From assembly GCA_963848505.1 (NCBI GenBank), contig CAWKEB010000002.1, forward strand, positions 845,840 through 909,839: DNA of 64,000 bases, read 5' to 3'. The notes beneath the pieces were generated by a model that was not told the DNA's origin, did no database searches, and saw only the letters and a list, made by a program, of their open reading frames with translations. Every line of letters starts with the position of its first letter. Position 1 is the stretch's first letter. Positions 18,301-31,309 of the stretch are shown in pieces. The position numbers were made by a program, and so were the translations under genes. This DNA is from Candidatus Krumholzibacteriia bacterium (lineage in GTDB: Bacteria > Krumholzibacteriota > Krumholzibacteriia > LZORAL124-64-63).

Positions 18301-19602
18301 ATGCGGACACGATGGATCCTGCCCTTGCTCGTCCTGACCACGGCCGGCGGCGCCGCAGGTGAGCCCGACAACGAAGGCCCCCCGGGGGGCACGTCGGAGA
18401 TCGCCGCCATCCTGGCCCAGCCCGAGATCGGCCTGGCCGACCTCTTCCGTCTGGCGGAGCTGGCCAACCCCGAGCTGGCGATCGCGCGCAGCGACATCGA
18501 GGCCCAGGCCGGCCGCGCGCGGCAGGCGGGCCTGTACCCCAACCCCGAGCTGGCGCTGGGGGTCGAGGAGATGTCCGTCGACGATCCGGAGCAGCGCAAG
18601 ACCAAGCTCGTGCTGGCGCAGCCCCTGGTGCTGGGCGGTCGGCGCGGCGCCGCGGTCGAGTCGGCGCAGGCCGCGCTGGCGGCGACCACGCAGCAGGCCC
18701 GCACCGCCCGGCGCGAGGCGCTCAGCCACGTGCACAAGCTGTGGGCCGAGCAGATCCACTTCCGCGAGGCCGACCAGGCCTTCGTCGACCTGACCCAGGC
18801 CGCCGACCGCACCCTGGAGATCGCGCGGGCGCGCTTCGAGGCCAAGGCCGGACCCGAGTCCCACGTGACCCGGGCGCTGCTGGAGGTCTATGAGCTGGAG
18901 CTGGCCCGGCAGAACCTGGTCCGGGAGCAGGCCCGCAGCACGGCCATGCTCTCGGCGCTGCTGGGCGGCGTGAAGGTGCCGGCTGAGCGGCTGGGCGGCA
19001 GCCTCGATCCCGATGCCATCGAGGCCCACCTGCCGCCGGACGTCGAGGTCGAGTTGGGCGAGCACCCGGCCCTGCAGGCGGCGCGGTTCGGCATCACGGC
19101 GGCGGACGCCGCAGTCGGCACGGCCGAGAAGGAACGGATCCCCGACCTGACCGTCGTCCTGGGCTACGGCAGCTTCGAGCCCGGCCTGGGCAACTACGTC
19201 GAGGCCGGGGTGGCCCTGCCGCTGCCCCTGTTCAACCGCAACCAGGGTCGGGTGGCCGAGACCCGCGCCCTGGCCGCCCGGGCGCGGCACGAGGCACGCA
19301 TCGTGGCCGGCGAGTTGGACGTCACCCTGGCCACGGCGCAGTTGCGCCACCGGCAGGCCCACGACCAGCTCGAAACCGTCAGCGAACGCATCGCCCCGGC
19401 GGCCGAGCGCGGCCTGGCCCAGGCCCAGGAGGCCTACCGCAGCGGTCGCCTCATGTTCCTGGAGCTGGTCGACGCCCAGCGCATCTTCACCGACGTCCGC
19501 CTGCGGACCCTCGAACTTCGCCGGGACCTGGCCATGTCCGAAGCCGACCTGATGAGTCTGCTCGGGGCCGGTCCCTACGCCGACCCGGGAGTGCAACCAT
19601 GA
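18301..19602 (+). CDS. Outer-membrane efflux factor (TolC/CzcC/CusC family).
   Basis: Seen in sequence: 433 aa, signal peptide, two OEP-like repeat halves. Position directly upstream of the MFP and RND genes, with a 4-nt overlap with the MFP start. Confidence 0.8.
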   Translation: MRTRWILPLLVLTTAGGAAGEPDNEGPPGGTSEIAAILAQPEIGLADLFRLAELANPELAIARSDIEAQAGRARQAGLYPNPELALGVEEMSVDDPEQRKTKLVLAQPLVLGGRRGAAVESAQAALAATTQQARTARREALSHVHKLWAEQIHFREADQAFVDLTQAADRTLEIARARFEAKAGPESHVTRALLEVYELELARQNLVREQARSTAMLSALLGGVKVPAERLGGSLDPDAIEAHLPPDVEVELGEHPALQAARFGITAADAAVGTAEKERIPDLTVVLGYGSFEPGLGNYVEAGVALPLPLFNRNQGRVAETRALAARARHEARIVAGELDVTLATAQLRHRQAHDQLETVSERIAPAAERGLAQAQEAYRSGRLMFLELVDAQRIFTDVRLRTLELRRDLAMSEADLMSLLGAGPYADPGVQP

Positions 19603-21125
19603 ACACGAGCCTGAAGATCATCGCCCTGCTGGGCATCCTGCTGCTGGCCGGCTGCAGCCGGGAAGCGGCCGTCGACGAGCACGCGGGCCACGACCACGCC
19701 GCCGGCGCCGCCGGCGAGCCGGCAGCCGCTGCCGGCGATACCACCGACTGGTGCGCCGAGCACGCCATCGCCGAATCGGCCTGCCCCTTCTGCCATCCAG
19801 ACCTGGTCGAGTCCATGGGCTGGTGCGCCGGCCACGACATCGCCGAGGCCCTGTGCTGGCAGTGCAACCCGGCCCTGATCGCCGCCTACACCGCCGTCGG
19901 CGACTGGTGCGCCGGGCACGGGGTGCCCGAGTCGCGCTGCCTGCTTTGCAATCCCGGGCTGGCCGAACTGCCGACGGCGGCGGCGGCCGACAGCAACCTG
20001 CCCCGCAAGCAGCGCGCACCCTCGGTCACCTGCACCACCCAGCAGCTGACCGTGACCCTCGAGCGGCCGGAGATCGTCGCCGAGGCGGGCTTCGAGTTCG
20101 CCACGGCCCGCGTCGAGGCGATCACCCGCACCCTCGAGTGCAACGCCGAACTGGCCTACGACGGCAACCGCCACGCCCAGCTGGCGCCCCAGGTGGCGGG
20201 CAGCGTGCAGTCGGTGCAGGCGGACCTCGGCGACCGGGTCGCGCCCGGCCAGGTGCTGGCGACCATCGTCTCGCCGGCCTTCGGCGCCGCCAAGGCGGCC
20301 TATCTGCAGGCCGACGCCGTGGTGACCCTGTGGCAGAAGAACCACGCCCGCGAGGCCGACCTGCTGGTCCGCGGCGTCTCCACCGAGAAGGACGTGGTCG
20401 AGGCCGAGACCCACCTGGCCGAGAGCCGCATCGCCCTTTCGCGCGCCGAGCAGGAGCTGATCAGCCTCGGGCTGTCGCCGCAGCAGATCGCCCGGGTGAA
20501 AGAGAGCGGGGACACCACCGCGCGCTACCAGGTGACGGCGCCGTTCGCCGGCGTGGTGGTCGGGCGGCATGCGGTCGTGGGCGAGGTTTGCGATCCCTCG
20601 CAGCCGCTGTTCGCGGTGGCCGACGTGTCGCGCATGTGGGCACTGCTGGACATCTACGAATCCGAGGTTCGCCAGATCAGCGCGGGCCAGCCGGTGATCC
20701 TGCAGGTGGAGGGTCTGCCCGGCCTGCCCCTGGCCGGCGTCGTCACCTGGGTCAGTTCGCAGCTGGACCCGCGCACGCGCACCCTGCGCGCCCGGGCCGA
20801 GGTGGAGAACCCCGACGGCCTGCTGCGGGCCAACATGTTCGCCCGGGCCACGGTGACCGTGCGCCAGGCGGTGCCGACGGTGGTGGTGCCCCGCGAGGCC
20901 GTGCAGTGGGAGGGCTGCTGCAACGTGGTCTTCGTGCAGACCTCGACCACCACGTTCGTGCCGCGCAAGGTCCATCTGGGCCCGGCCGCCGGCGCGGTCT
21001 ACGAAGTTGCCGGCGGTCTCGAGGGCGGCGAGACGGTGGTCACCCAGGGCAGCTTCCTGCTCAAGACCGAGATCCTCAAGGGCAACATCGGGGCGGGCTG
21101 TTGCGAAGCCCAGCCCGGAAAGTAG
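19599..21125 (+). CDS. Membrane-fusion (periplasmic adaptor) protein of an HME-RND pump (CzcB/CusB-like) with an N-terminal triple Cys/His metal-binding repeat.
   Basis: Seen in sequence: lipoprotein-like signal LLLAGC. Repeats WCAEHAIAESACPFCHP / WCAGHDIAEALCWQCNP / WCAGHGVPESRCLLCNP. C-terminal beta-barrel/MP-domain pattern of RND adaptors. Confidence 0.8.
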   Translation: MNTSLKIIALLGILLLAGCSREAAVDEHAGHDHAAGAAGEPAAAAGDTTDWCAEHAIAESACPFCHPDLVESMGWCAGHDIAEALCWQCNPALIAAYTAVGDWCAGHGVPESRCLLCNPGLAELPTAAAADSNLPRKQRAPSVTCTTQQLTVTLERPEIVAEAGFEFATARVEAITRTLECNAELAYDGNRHAQLAPQVAGSVQSVQADLGDRVAPGQVLATIVSPAFGAAKAAYLQADAVVTLWQKNHAREADLLVRGVSTEKDVVEAETHLAESRIALSRAEQELISLGLSPQQIARVKESGDTTARYQVTAPFAGVVVGRHAVVGEVCDPSQPLFAVADVSRMWALLDIYESEVRQISAGQPVILQVEGLPGLPLAGVVTWVSSQLDPRTRTLRARAEVENPDGLLRANMFARATVTVRQAVPTVVVPREAVQWEGCCNVVFVQTSTTTFVPRKVHLGPAAGAVYEVAGGLEGGETVVTQGSFLLKTEILKGNIGAGCCEAQPGK

Positions 21126-21136
21126 GGGGGTCCGGC

Positions 21137-24198
<3,062 letters not shown>

Positions 24199-24202
<4 letters not shown>

Positions 24203-24843
24203 TCGCCCGCCAGCAGCCTGTTCGCGATTTCAGGCCAGGCGGCGATCGGCACGTGGGGCACGCCCTCCTCGGCCAGCCGCCGGGCCAGCCAGCCGGTGAC
24301 GAAGCGCCGTTCGGGCGGGACCATCAGCGCCCCCGCCCGGTCTGTGGTGCTGTCGCCGGCGTAGGCCACCAACGGGTCACGGGCCAGGGCGTCGCGCACC
24401 ACCAGCGCCTTGTCGATGCCCGTCTGCGGATGATGGTAGGGATCCGCAACGTCGGGCGTCATCACCAGCCCCGTCGCCGGCGCGAACTCCCCGGGTGCCG
24501 CGTGCACCTTGATCCGCAGGCCCATCCGCGCCAGCAGCCGCTCGATGTACCAGCCGCACCCTGCCGAGGCGATGATCACCTCCCAACCGGCGATCTGCAG
24601 TGCCTGCACCGCCGCGGCCGTGCCTGGAGCCGGGTCCAGGGCGTCGATCAGGGCGTCGGCTCCGCGTTCGTCGGTGCGCAGGGCGCCGAACACGCCGGCC
24701 AGGCCCGCGGTCAGGGTCAACTCGCCGGCCAGGAAGCCGCGCCAGGCCTCGTGACCTGCCGCCGGGTCGTGCCGCTCGAGGATCAGGTCGAAGAAGTCGC
24801 GCCGGGCGAAGGTGCCGTCGAAGTCGGTGATGAGGATGGGCAT
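24199..24843 (-). CDS. HAD-superfamily hydrolase (phosphoserine-phosphatase-like / MtnX-like).
   Basis: Seen in sequence: MPILITDFDGTF (DxDGT motif I), a later GDSxxD-type motif (AYAGDSTTD). ATG (cat on top strand) at 24841-24843. Confidence 0.7.
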
Positions 24844-24992
24844 CGGTCGGGGTCCTGACGTCGGGGCTGCGGGTGCTGGTCCGGGGCCAATATCCGCGGC
24901 GGCGGCCCGGCCCGTCAACTTCCCTTCCCGGCCGGCGCGCCGTCTGCGATCATCGCCCGGTCCAGGCCGCGGGTAGCCTCCACAACGAAGGG

Positions 24993-27635
24993 ATGGCCAC
25001 GCCCTTGCCCAGCTCCGCGACTCCATCGCTCCTGCGCCGGGAGGCGCCGGCCCTGCTGGCGGTGCTGCTGCTGGCGGCCTGCAGCTGGTGGCTGATCCAC
25101 GCCGCGGCCGTCGCCCGCCAGCGCCCGTTCACCGCGCTGGGCGAACCGCCCCTGCTGCCGCTGGACGGGGTGCCCGGCGCCCCCAGCCAGCTCGGCCCCT
25201 ACGCCTGGATGTGGAGCGAAGCGGCCTTCCACTACCGCACCGCCCTGATGTTCGCCGTCGACGACTACCAGTCGCCGGACCTGCTGCACGCCGACACCTG
25301 GCAGCAGCACCCCGAAGGCGTGGACGCCTGGCGCGAATACGCACTCATGATGGAGCCGGTCTACGGCACGCTCTACCGGCTGCTGGCGCCGCCGGGTCTG
25401 ACGTTTCCATCGTTCCTGCTGATCCTGGTCCCCGCGGTGCACGTGCTGATGTTCCTGCCCCTGTATGCCCTGGGCCGCGTGCTGGGCGCGCCTCGCCGCT
25501 TCGCCCTGGCCGGCCTGCTGGTCTACGCCACCTGCACCCTGGGCTTCAGTGCGCTGCTGACTTCGCTGCTGCTCAAGGAGACTTTCAGTCTGCTGCTGCT
25601 GGCGGTGTTCCTGGTCCTGCACGCGGCGGCCTGGCAGCGGCCCACGCCCGCGCGGCTGGCGGCGGCCGGCCTGGGTTTGGCCGTGCTGCTGGCCAGTTGG
25701 CACCTGGCCCAGTTCCTGGTGCTGGTGGTGCTGGCCGCCAGCGCCGTGGCGGCCACCGCGGGTCCGCGACAGCCAAGGCCCTGGTTGCTGCCGGCAGTCT
25801 ACGCGGCAGCCGGCCTGGCCGCCGGACTGACGCCCGCCTTGGCCGCGCGGGGGTTCGTCTTCAGCCTGCCCATGATTCCGGTGTGGGCCTGGCTGGCCTC
25901 GGCCCCGGTCCGGCGCCCCCGCTTCCGGCTGGGCCTGTTGGCGGTGCTGGCGGTCGGCGGGGCCGCCGCGGTTCTTTTGAACCGCAGCCATGCCGCCGAC
26001 TACGGCCATGTCTCCGGCCTCCTGCTGGAGCGCCTGGCCCACGGTTTCCGCAAACCCGAGGACCCGACCGCGCTGCCCTTCGTCGTGCGTCTGTTCTGGG
26101 CTGCGCCTTTCACCTCGCCCACCTTGTCGGTGGTGTGGATCAAGACCGGACTGAACCTGCTGCCGATCACCGCCGCGGCCGGCTGGGCCCTGTGGGCCGG
26201 CCTGAGGCGGGGCACTGTGCCCCTGGTTCGCGCCATGGCCCTGACCGGCTTGGGCTTCGCTTGCGCCTGGTTGCTGAGCGAGCGGCTCGGCGTGGCCTTC
26301 CTGCTGCTGGTGCCGGCGCTGGTCGCCGTCGCTGTGGGGACGATCACCCGGCCGGCGGCGGCGCGGTGGGTGCTGGTCCTGCTGCTGGTGATCCCGGCGG
26401 CCAACCTGGCGCTGAACCTGAAGGGCGTGCTGCGGACCGCCGCCGCCGCGGCCGCCGGTGCCGAGCCCGTCCTCGGAGGCCTCGACACGGCCGAGGACCG
26501 TTCCCGGGCCGGACTCTTCGCCTGGATCAGCGCCAACACTCCCGGGCCAGGGTCTGACCAGACGGGAGCGCCAGCGGTTTTCGTGGCGAACATCGCCCTC
26601 TCGCCGCAGATCCTGCTCTACGCCGGCCGGCCGGTGATCCTGAACTCCCAGTTCGAGAACACGGTGATCCGCGACAGGTACTCCCATTGGCTGGAGGCGC
26701 TGTTCTCGACTGACGAGCGCGACCTGATGACCTTCGTCGCCCGCTACCGGGCCGACTACGTGGTGATCGGACGCGACCAGGCCACGGCGTCGGGTCGCTC
26801 GTCGGCCTGGTACCTGTCCGGGCGAGGCGGCCGTCCCGTCCTGGCGGCCAACGCCCTGCGCATGCACTTCGCGCCCGGGACCATGCGCGGCCTGCTGCCC
26901 GTCTACGACAACGAGCACTACCGGGTCTTCAAGGTGCGCGTCAGCCGGAACGAGCCGCCGGTGGCCTGGGACCGCGGCCACGGAACCTGGTGGCAGCCGG
27001 GCAATTGGACCATGGCCGATGGGCACCTGGCCGACACCGCCGCGGACCGGGCCCGTCTGCTGGCCGCCGCCGCCCGCCTGGACCAATTGCGTGGCCAGCT
27101 GGAGCACCTGGCCGCGGGGGCGGAGGCGGCCGGGAGCACGCCACTGCTGGAGCTGCAGCGCCGGGCCGCGGAGCCGGACGTCCTGGCGGTCTTCGGCGGT
27201 GTTGTGCCCGGCGTGGCTGAGGCCCTGGACCTGGAGATTACCGCCCGGCTGGCCGCGACCGATCCGGTCTCGGGCGTCACCCTGGCCGCCGGACTGGCCG
27301 CGGTCCTCGACGGTGACCAGGGGTTGATCGCGCTCGCGGACGGCCTGGTCCTGCACCCGCAGGACTCGCTGTTGGCGGGCCAGGTCGCCCTGCTGGCGGG
27401 CCGGCGGGCCGAGGCCGCCGCCCTGTTCGCGCGGTCCGCCGATCTCCTGGGCCCGGCCGATGCCCGCAGCGCCGGCCTTTGGCGGGACGCGGCCTGGTGG
27501 CTGCTGGCGGCCGGCCGCACGGACGCGGCAGCCGAGTTCGCCGCGGCCAGGGTCGACAGGATCCGGTCCGCGTCGCCCGAGGCGGAGTTTCTGGCCCGGG
27601 TGGCGGCCCTGGGGCCGCAAGGATCCCATTATTAA
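24993..27635 (+). CDS. Large polytopic membrane protein of ~880 aa with more than 11 predicted TM helices and a C-terminal soluble, helical/TPR-like region. Possibly a PMT/ArnT-type glycosyltransferase-like protein; family uncertain.
   Basis: Seen in sequence: many hydrophobic helices (LLAVLLLAACSWWLI..., FLLILVPAVHVLMFLPLYAL...). The C-terminal ~330 aa are hydrophilic and Ala/Leu-rich. Confidence 0.5.
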   Translation: MATPLPSSATPSLLRREAPALLAVLLLAACSWWLIHAAAVARQRPFTALGEPPLLPLDGVPGAPSQLGPYAWMWSEAAFHYRTALMFAVDDYQSPDLLHADTWQQHPEGVDAWREYALMMEPVYGTLYRLLAPPGLTFPSFLLILVPAVHVLMFLPLYALGRVLGAPRRFALAGLLVYATCTLGFSALLTSLLLKETFSLLLLAVFLVLHAAAWQRPTPARLAAAGLGLAVLLASWHLAQFLVLVVLAASAVAATAGPRQPRPWLLPAVYAAAGLAAGLTPALAARGFVFSLPMIPVWAWLASAPVRRPRFRLGLLAVLAVGGAAAVLLNRSHAADYGHVSGLLLERLAHGFRKPEDPTALPFVVRLFWAAPFTSPTLSVVWIKTGLNLLPITAAAGWALWAGLRRGTVPLVRAMALTGLGFACAWLLSERLGVAFLLLVPALVAVAVGTITRPAAARWVLVLLLVIPAANLALNLKGVLRTAAAAAAGAEPVLGGLDTAEDRSRAGLFAWISANTPGPGSDQTGAPAVFVANIALSPQILLYAGRPVILNSQFENTVIRDRYSHWLEALFSTDERDLMTFVARYRADYVVIGRDQATASGRSSAWYLSGRGGRPVLAANALRMHFAPGTMRGLLPVYDNEHYRVFKVRVSRNEPPVAWDRGHGTWWQPGNWTMADGHLADTAADRARLLAAAARLDQLRGQLEHLAAGAEAAGSTPLLELQRRAAEPDVLAVFGGVVPGVAEALDLEITARLAATDPVSGVTLAAGLAAVLDGDQGLIALADGLVLHPQDSLLAGQVALLAGRRAEAAALFARSADLLGPADARSAGLWRDAAWWLLAAGRTDAAAEFAAARVDRIRSASPEAEFLARVAALGPQGSHY

Positions 27636-27716
27636 AGTCTTGGGCCGCATGGCCGATCCATGGGGGAAGCGATCCCGTTTCGGGATCCTGCGCGCGCACC
27701 GGTCGGGGAACAGGGG

Positions 27717-28244
27717 ATGACCATGGCGCAGACCAGCTGGAAGACCCAGGACAACACTCACGACTTCACCCGCACCGGCACCTTCGAGGTGGACGGCGAC
27801 GCGGCGGCTTTCGTGACCGGCATCGTGCGCATGGCCGCCGGGGCGCTGGAGCAGGGCGACGTGCGCGAGGCCGAGGCCTACCTGCGCCAGGGCCTCGAGC
27901 GCCACCCCGACCATCCCCACTGCCTGGCCTACCTGTCGGTGTGCGTGGCGGCGAGGGCCCGCCAGTTCGACAAGGCCGAGAAGCTGGCCCGCTCCATCAT
28001 CCGCGACAACGCCCGAGATGCGGTGGCGCACTATGCCCTGGGCATGGTCTACCTGGGCGCCGAGCGCCGGCGGCTGGCCTTCCAGTCCTTCGACAAAGCC
28101 CGCGAACTGGCCCGCGGCGACCGCTACCTGCAGGGCCAGCTGGACCGGGCGGAGCCGCGCCGGCAACCTGTGCTGCCCTTCCTCTCCCGCAACCATGTGC
28201 TGAACATCTGGCTCGGCCGACTGCGTTCGCGCCTCGAGGGCTGA
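27717..28244 (+). CDS. TPR-repeat protein.
   Basis: Seen in sequence: repeated helix pairs with TPR signatures (AEAYLRQGLERHPDHPHCLAYLSV; AVAHYALGMVYLGAERRRLAFQSFDKA). Confidence 0.5.
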   Translation: MTMAQTSWKTQDNTHDFTRTGTFEVDGDAAAFVTGIVRMAAGALEQGDVREAEAYLRQGLERHPDHPHCLAYLSVCVAARARQFDKAEKLARSIIRDNARDAVAHYALGMVYLGAERRRLAFQSFDKARELARGDRYLQGQLDRAEPRRQPVLPFLSRNHVLNIWLGRLRSRLEG

Positions 28245-28405
28245 GCTCCCGCATCCCCGCCTTCTTGCTGATTCCGGACATCCACAATCGTGAACCAGGT
28301 GATGCATCTATTGAATTAGTTGACAGCATTTCCAGTGCTGTGGTATGAGATGTCCGATTCATTTTCAGATCGTCTCCACCGTCGCAATCACCCCCACCGA
28401 AGGAG

Positions 28406-28666
28406 ATGCCGGACATGGACAAGGCCCAACAGTACTGGAAGGCGAACCTGTCACTGGTGATCCTCTGCCTGATCATCTGGTTCCTGGTGTCGTTCGGCTT
28501 CGGCATCCTGTTCGCGCCGGCGCTCAACGGCATCCGGCTCGGCGGCTACAAGCTGGGCTTCTGGTTCGCCCAGCAGGGATCCATCTACATCTTCGTGGCC
28601 CTGATCTTCTTCTACGCCAGGCGCATGAACGTCATCGACAAGAAATTCGAGGTCGACGAGCGCTGA
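28406..28666 (+). CDS. DUF4212-family small membrane protein (putative small subunit of a sodium:solute symporter). The start may instead be the ATG at 28416.
   Basis: Seen in sequence: MDKAQQYWKANLSLVILCLIIWFLVSFGFGILFAPALNGIRLGGYKLGFWFAQQGSIYIFVALIFFYARRMN. RBS aggag at 28401-28405. Lies directly upstream of an SSS transporter gene. Confidence 0.7.
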   Translation: MPDMDKAQQYWKANLSLVILCLIIWFLVSFGFGILFAPALNGIRLGGYKLGFWFAQQGSIYIFVALIFFYARRMNVIDKKFEVDER

Positions 28667-28745
28667 CCGGCCCCCCAGGGACTGATTCTCATTAGCGATT
28701 CCCCCCGGGAATCCCGGGTTAACGAAGACAAAGGGGAGTACACCG

Positions 28746-30506
28746 ATGGATCTGAAAGCCATGACCTTCCTGGTGGTCGGCATCACCTTCGCGATCTACA
28801 TCTACATCGCGTTCCGGTCGCGTGCCACCTCCACCTCCGAATTCTACGTGGCCGGCAAGGGCGTCTCGCCCGTGCTCAACGGCATGGCCACGGGCGCGGA
28901 CTGGATGTCCGCCGCATCGTTCATCTCCATGGCCGGCCTGATCGCCTTCCAGGGCTACGACGCCTCGGCCTACCTGATGGGTTGGACCGGCGGCTACGTG
29001 CTGCTGGCCATGCTGTTGGCGCCCTACCTGCGCAAGTACGGCAAGTTCACGGTGCCGGAGTTCATCGGCGACCGCTACTATTCCAAGGGCGCGCGCGGCG
29101 TGGCCATCCTCTGCCTGATCGTGGCCTCCCTGACCTATGTGATCGGCCAGATGAAGGGCATCGGCGTGGCCTTCAGCCGCTTCCTCGAGGTGCCCATCAA
29201 CACCGGCCTGGTCATCGGCATGGTGATCGTGTTCATCTACGCGGTGTTCGGCGGCATGAAGGGGATCACCTACACCCAGATCGCCCAGTACTGCGTGCTG
29301 ATCTTCGCCTACACGGTGCCCGCGATCTTCATCTCCCTGCAGCTGACCGGCAACCCGATCCCGCAGCTCGGGCTGGGTTCGGCGCTCAACGACGGCAACG
29401 GGGTGATGCTCCTGGACAAGCTGGACCTCATCTGTCGAGATCTCGGTTTTGCCGAGTACACGGCCCAGAAGGGCAACACCCTGGACATCTTCCTGCTGAC
29501 GCTGTCGCTGATGATCGGCACGGCGGGGCTGCCCCACGTGATCACGCGCTTCTTCACTGTGCCCCGCGTGCGTGACGCCCGTTCGTCAGCCGGCTGGGCG
29601 CTGGTCTTCATCGCCATCCTCTACACCACGGCCCCGGCCGTGGGCGCCATGGCCCGCCTGAACCTGATGCACACCATCCAGACCGGCGAAGTGGGCGCGG
29701 TCGACGGCAACGTGGCCTATAGCGACGTGCCGACCTGGTTCAAGAACTGGGAAAAGACCGGCCTGCTGACCTTCGAGGACAAGAATGGCGACGGCCGCAT
29801 CCAGTATTACGGTCCGGGTCTGGAGGCGCAGGCAGCGTCCTACGGCTGGCAAGGCAACGAGATGGTCAAGGTCGACAACGACATCATGGTGCTGGCCAAC
29901 CCCGAAATCGCGAACCTGCCCAACTGGGTGATCGCGCTGGTCGCCGCCGGCGGCATCGCGGCCGCGCTCTCGACGGCCGCCGGCCTGCTGCTGGCCATCT
30001 CGTCGTCCATCTCCCACGACCTGCTCAAGGGCATCTTCACGCCCGACATCAGCGAGAAGAGCGAGTTGCTGGCCGGGCGCATCGCCATGGGCGGGGCCAT
30101 CATCCTGGCCGGCTGGCTGGGCATGAATCCACCGGGGTTCGCCGCCCAGGTGGTGGCCCTGGCCTTCGGTCTGGCCGCCTCGTCCATCTTCCCGGCCATC
30201 ATGATGGGCATCTTCAGCAAGCGCATCAACAACGCCGGGGCCATGGCCGGCATGTTGACCGGCCTGATCAGCACCCTGGTCTACATCTTCTGGTTCAAGG
30301 GCTGGTTCTTCGTCAAGGGGACCAACATGGCCCCCGATGACGCGGCCCACTGGTTCATGGGCATCTCCCCGGGCTCGTTCGGGGCCGTGGGCGCGCTGCT
30401 GAACTTCAGCGTGGCCTATGCGGTCTCGATGGTGACGCCGCCGCCGCCGGCGCGGATCCAGAAGATGATCGAGGAGATCCGGGTTCCCGGCGGGACCATG
30501 AGCTAG
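28746..30506 (+). CDS. Sodium:solute symporter family transporter (ActP / cation-acetate symporter-like).
   Basis: Seen in sequence: SSS hallmarks (FYVAGKGVSPVLNGMATGADWMSAASFISMAGLIAF), 13-14 TM helices, RBS aaaggggag. Confidence 0.85.
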   Translation: MDLKAMTFLVVGITFAIYIYIAFRSRATSTSEFYVAGKGVSPVLNGMATGADWMSAASFISMAGLIAFQGYDASAYLMGWTGGYVLLAMLLAPYLRKYGKFTVPEFIGDRYYSKGARGVAILCLIVASLTYVIGQMKGIGVAFSRFLEVPINTGLVIGMVIVFIYAVFGGMKGITYTQIAQYCVLIFAYTVPAIFISLQLTGNPIPQLGLGSALNDGNGVMLLDKLDLICRDLGFAEYTAQKGNTLDIFLLTLSLMIGTAGLPHVITRFFTVPRVRDARSSAGWALVFIAILYTTAPAVGAMARLNLMHTIQTGEVGAVDGNVAYSDVPTWFKNWEKTGLLTFEDKNGDGRIQYYGPGLEAQAASYGWQGNEMVKVDNDIMVLANPEIANLPNWVIALVAAGGIAAALSTAAGLLLAISSSISHDLLKGIFTPDISEKSELLAGRIAMGGAIILAGWLGMNPPGFAAQVVALAFGLAASSIFPAIMMGIFSKRINNAGAMAGMLTGLISTLVYIFWFKGWFFVKGTNMAPDDAAHWFMGISPGSFGAVGALLNFSVAYAVSMVTPPPPARIQKMIEEIRVPGGTMS

Positions 30507-30533
30507 GTTCCGGATCCGTATCCTGCCTGCAAG

Positions 30534-30568
30534 GGCGCGCCCGTTTCGGCGGGCGCGCCATTTATTAT
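30534..30568 (+). terminator. Strong rho-independent terminator: 10-bp GC stem ggcgcgcccg/cgggcgcgcc followed by atttattat.
   Basis: Seen in sequence. Confidence 0.6.
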
Positions 30569-30667
30569 GCCGAACCGGCGAATAATCGCCGCCCCCCGGG
30601 TTTATGGTTCCCCGTATTCAACGTCCGCGTTACAGTCCGGATGGACCTACGACGCGAGGGGGGAACC

Positions 30668-31267
30668 ATGAGCGAGTGGTGGAGCGGGCTCAGCTTCAGC
30701 CTGCAGGTCTTTCACGGCATCGGCATCCTGGCTTCGATCATCCTGGTCGCGCAGCTGGTGATGACGCTCTTCGGGGCCGACGGCGACGCCGGCGGCAACT
30801 TCGACGCGGACCTGGACCTGGGCGGGGGCGCCGACGTCCTTGGGGTCGGCGAGCACGCCTCGGGCCTGGGCATCCTGTCCACGCGCACGGTGATCGCCTT
30901 CCTGGCCGGCTTCGGCTGGACCGGCGTGATCGCGCTGCAGGGCGGCCGGCCCGTGACCTCGGCGGTGCTGATCGCCGTGGGCGTGGGCATCCTGCTGATG
31001 CTGCTGGTCTTCTGGCTGATGCGCTGGTTGTTCTCCCTGCGCGAGAGCGGCACCATGGACTACCGCAACGCGATCGGCCAGGTGGGCACGGTGTACGTGC
31101 ACATCCCGGCGGCGGGACGGGGCACCGGGCAGATCCAGGTGCTGGTGCAGGGCCGCCTGGCCACGGTCGCAGCCGTGGGCACCGGCACGGCGACCATCGC
31201 CAGCGGCGAAAAGGTGAGGGTGACGGGCCTGGTGGGCGCGAACATCCTCGAGGTCGAGGGAATCTAG
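30668..31267 (+). CDS. NfeD-like membrane protein (OB-fold C-terminal domain), partner of the SPFH/flotillin protein.
   Basis: Seen in sequence: N-terminal TM helices, a Gly-rich linker and a C-terminal beta/OB-like segment (GTVYVHIPAAGRGTGQIQVLVQGRLATVAAV...VRVTGLVGANILEVE). Directly upstream of the flotillin gene. Confidence 0.65.
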   Translation: MSEWWSGLSFSLQVFHGIGILASIILVAQLVMTLFGADGDAGGNFDADLDLGGGADVLGVGEHASGLGILSTRTVIAFLAGFGWTGVIALQGGRPVTSAVLIAVGVGILLMLLVFWLMRWLFSLRESGTMDYRNAIGQVGTVYVHIPAAGRGTGQIQVLVQGRLATVAAVGTGTATIASGEKVRVTGLVGANILEVEGI

Positions 31268-31309
31268 GACCGGCTGTCCCGACGGCCGTCCAAAACGGGG
31301 GGAACCGAC

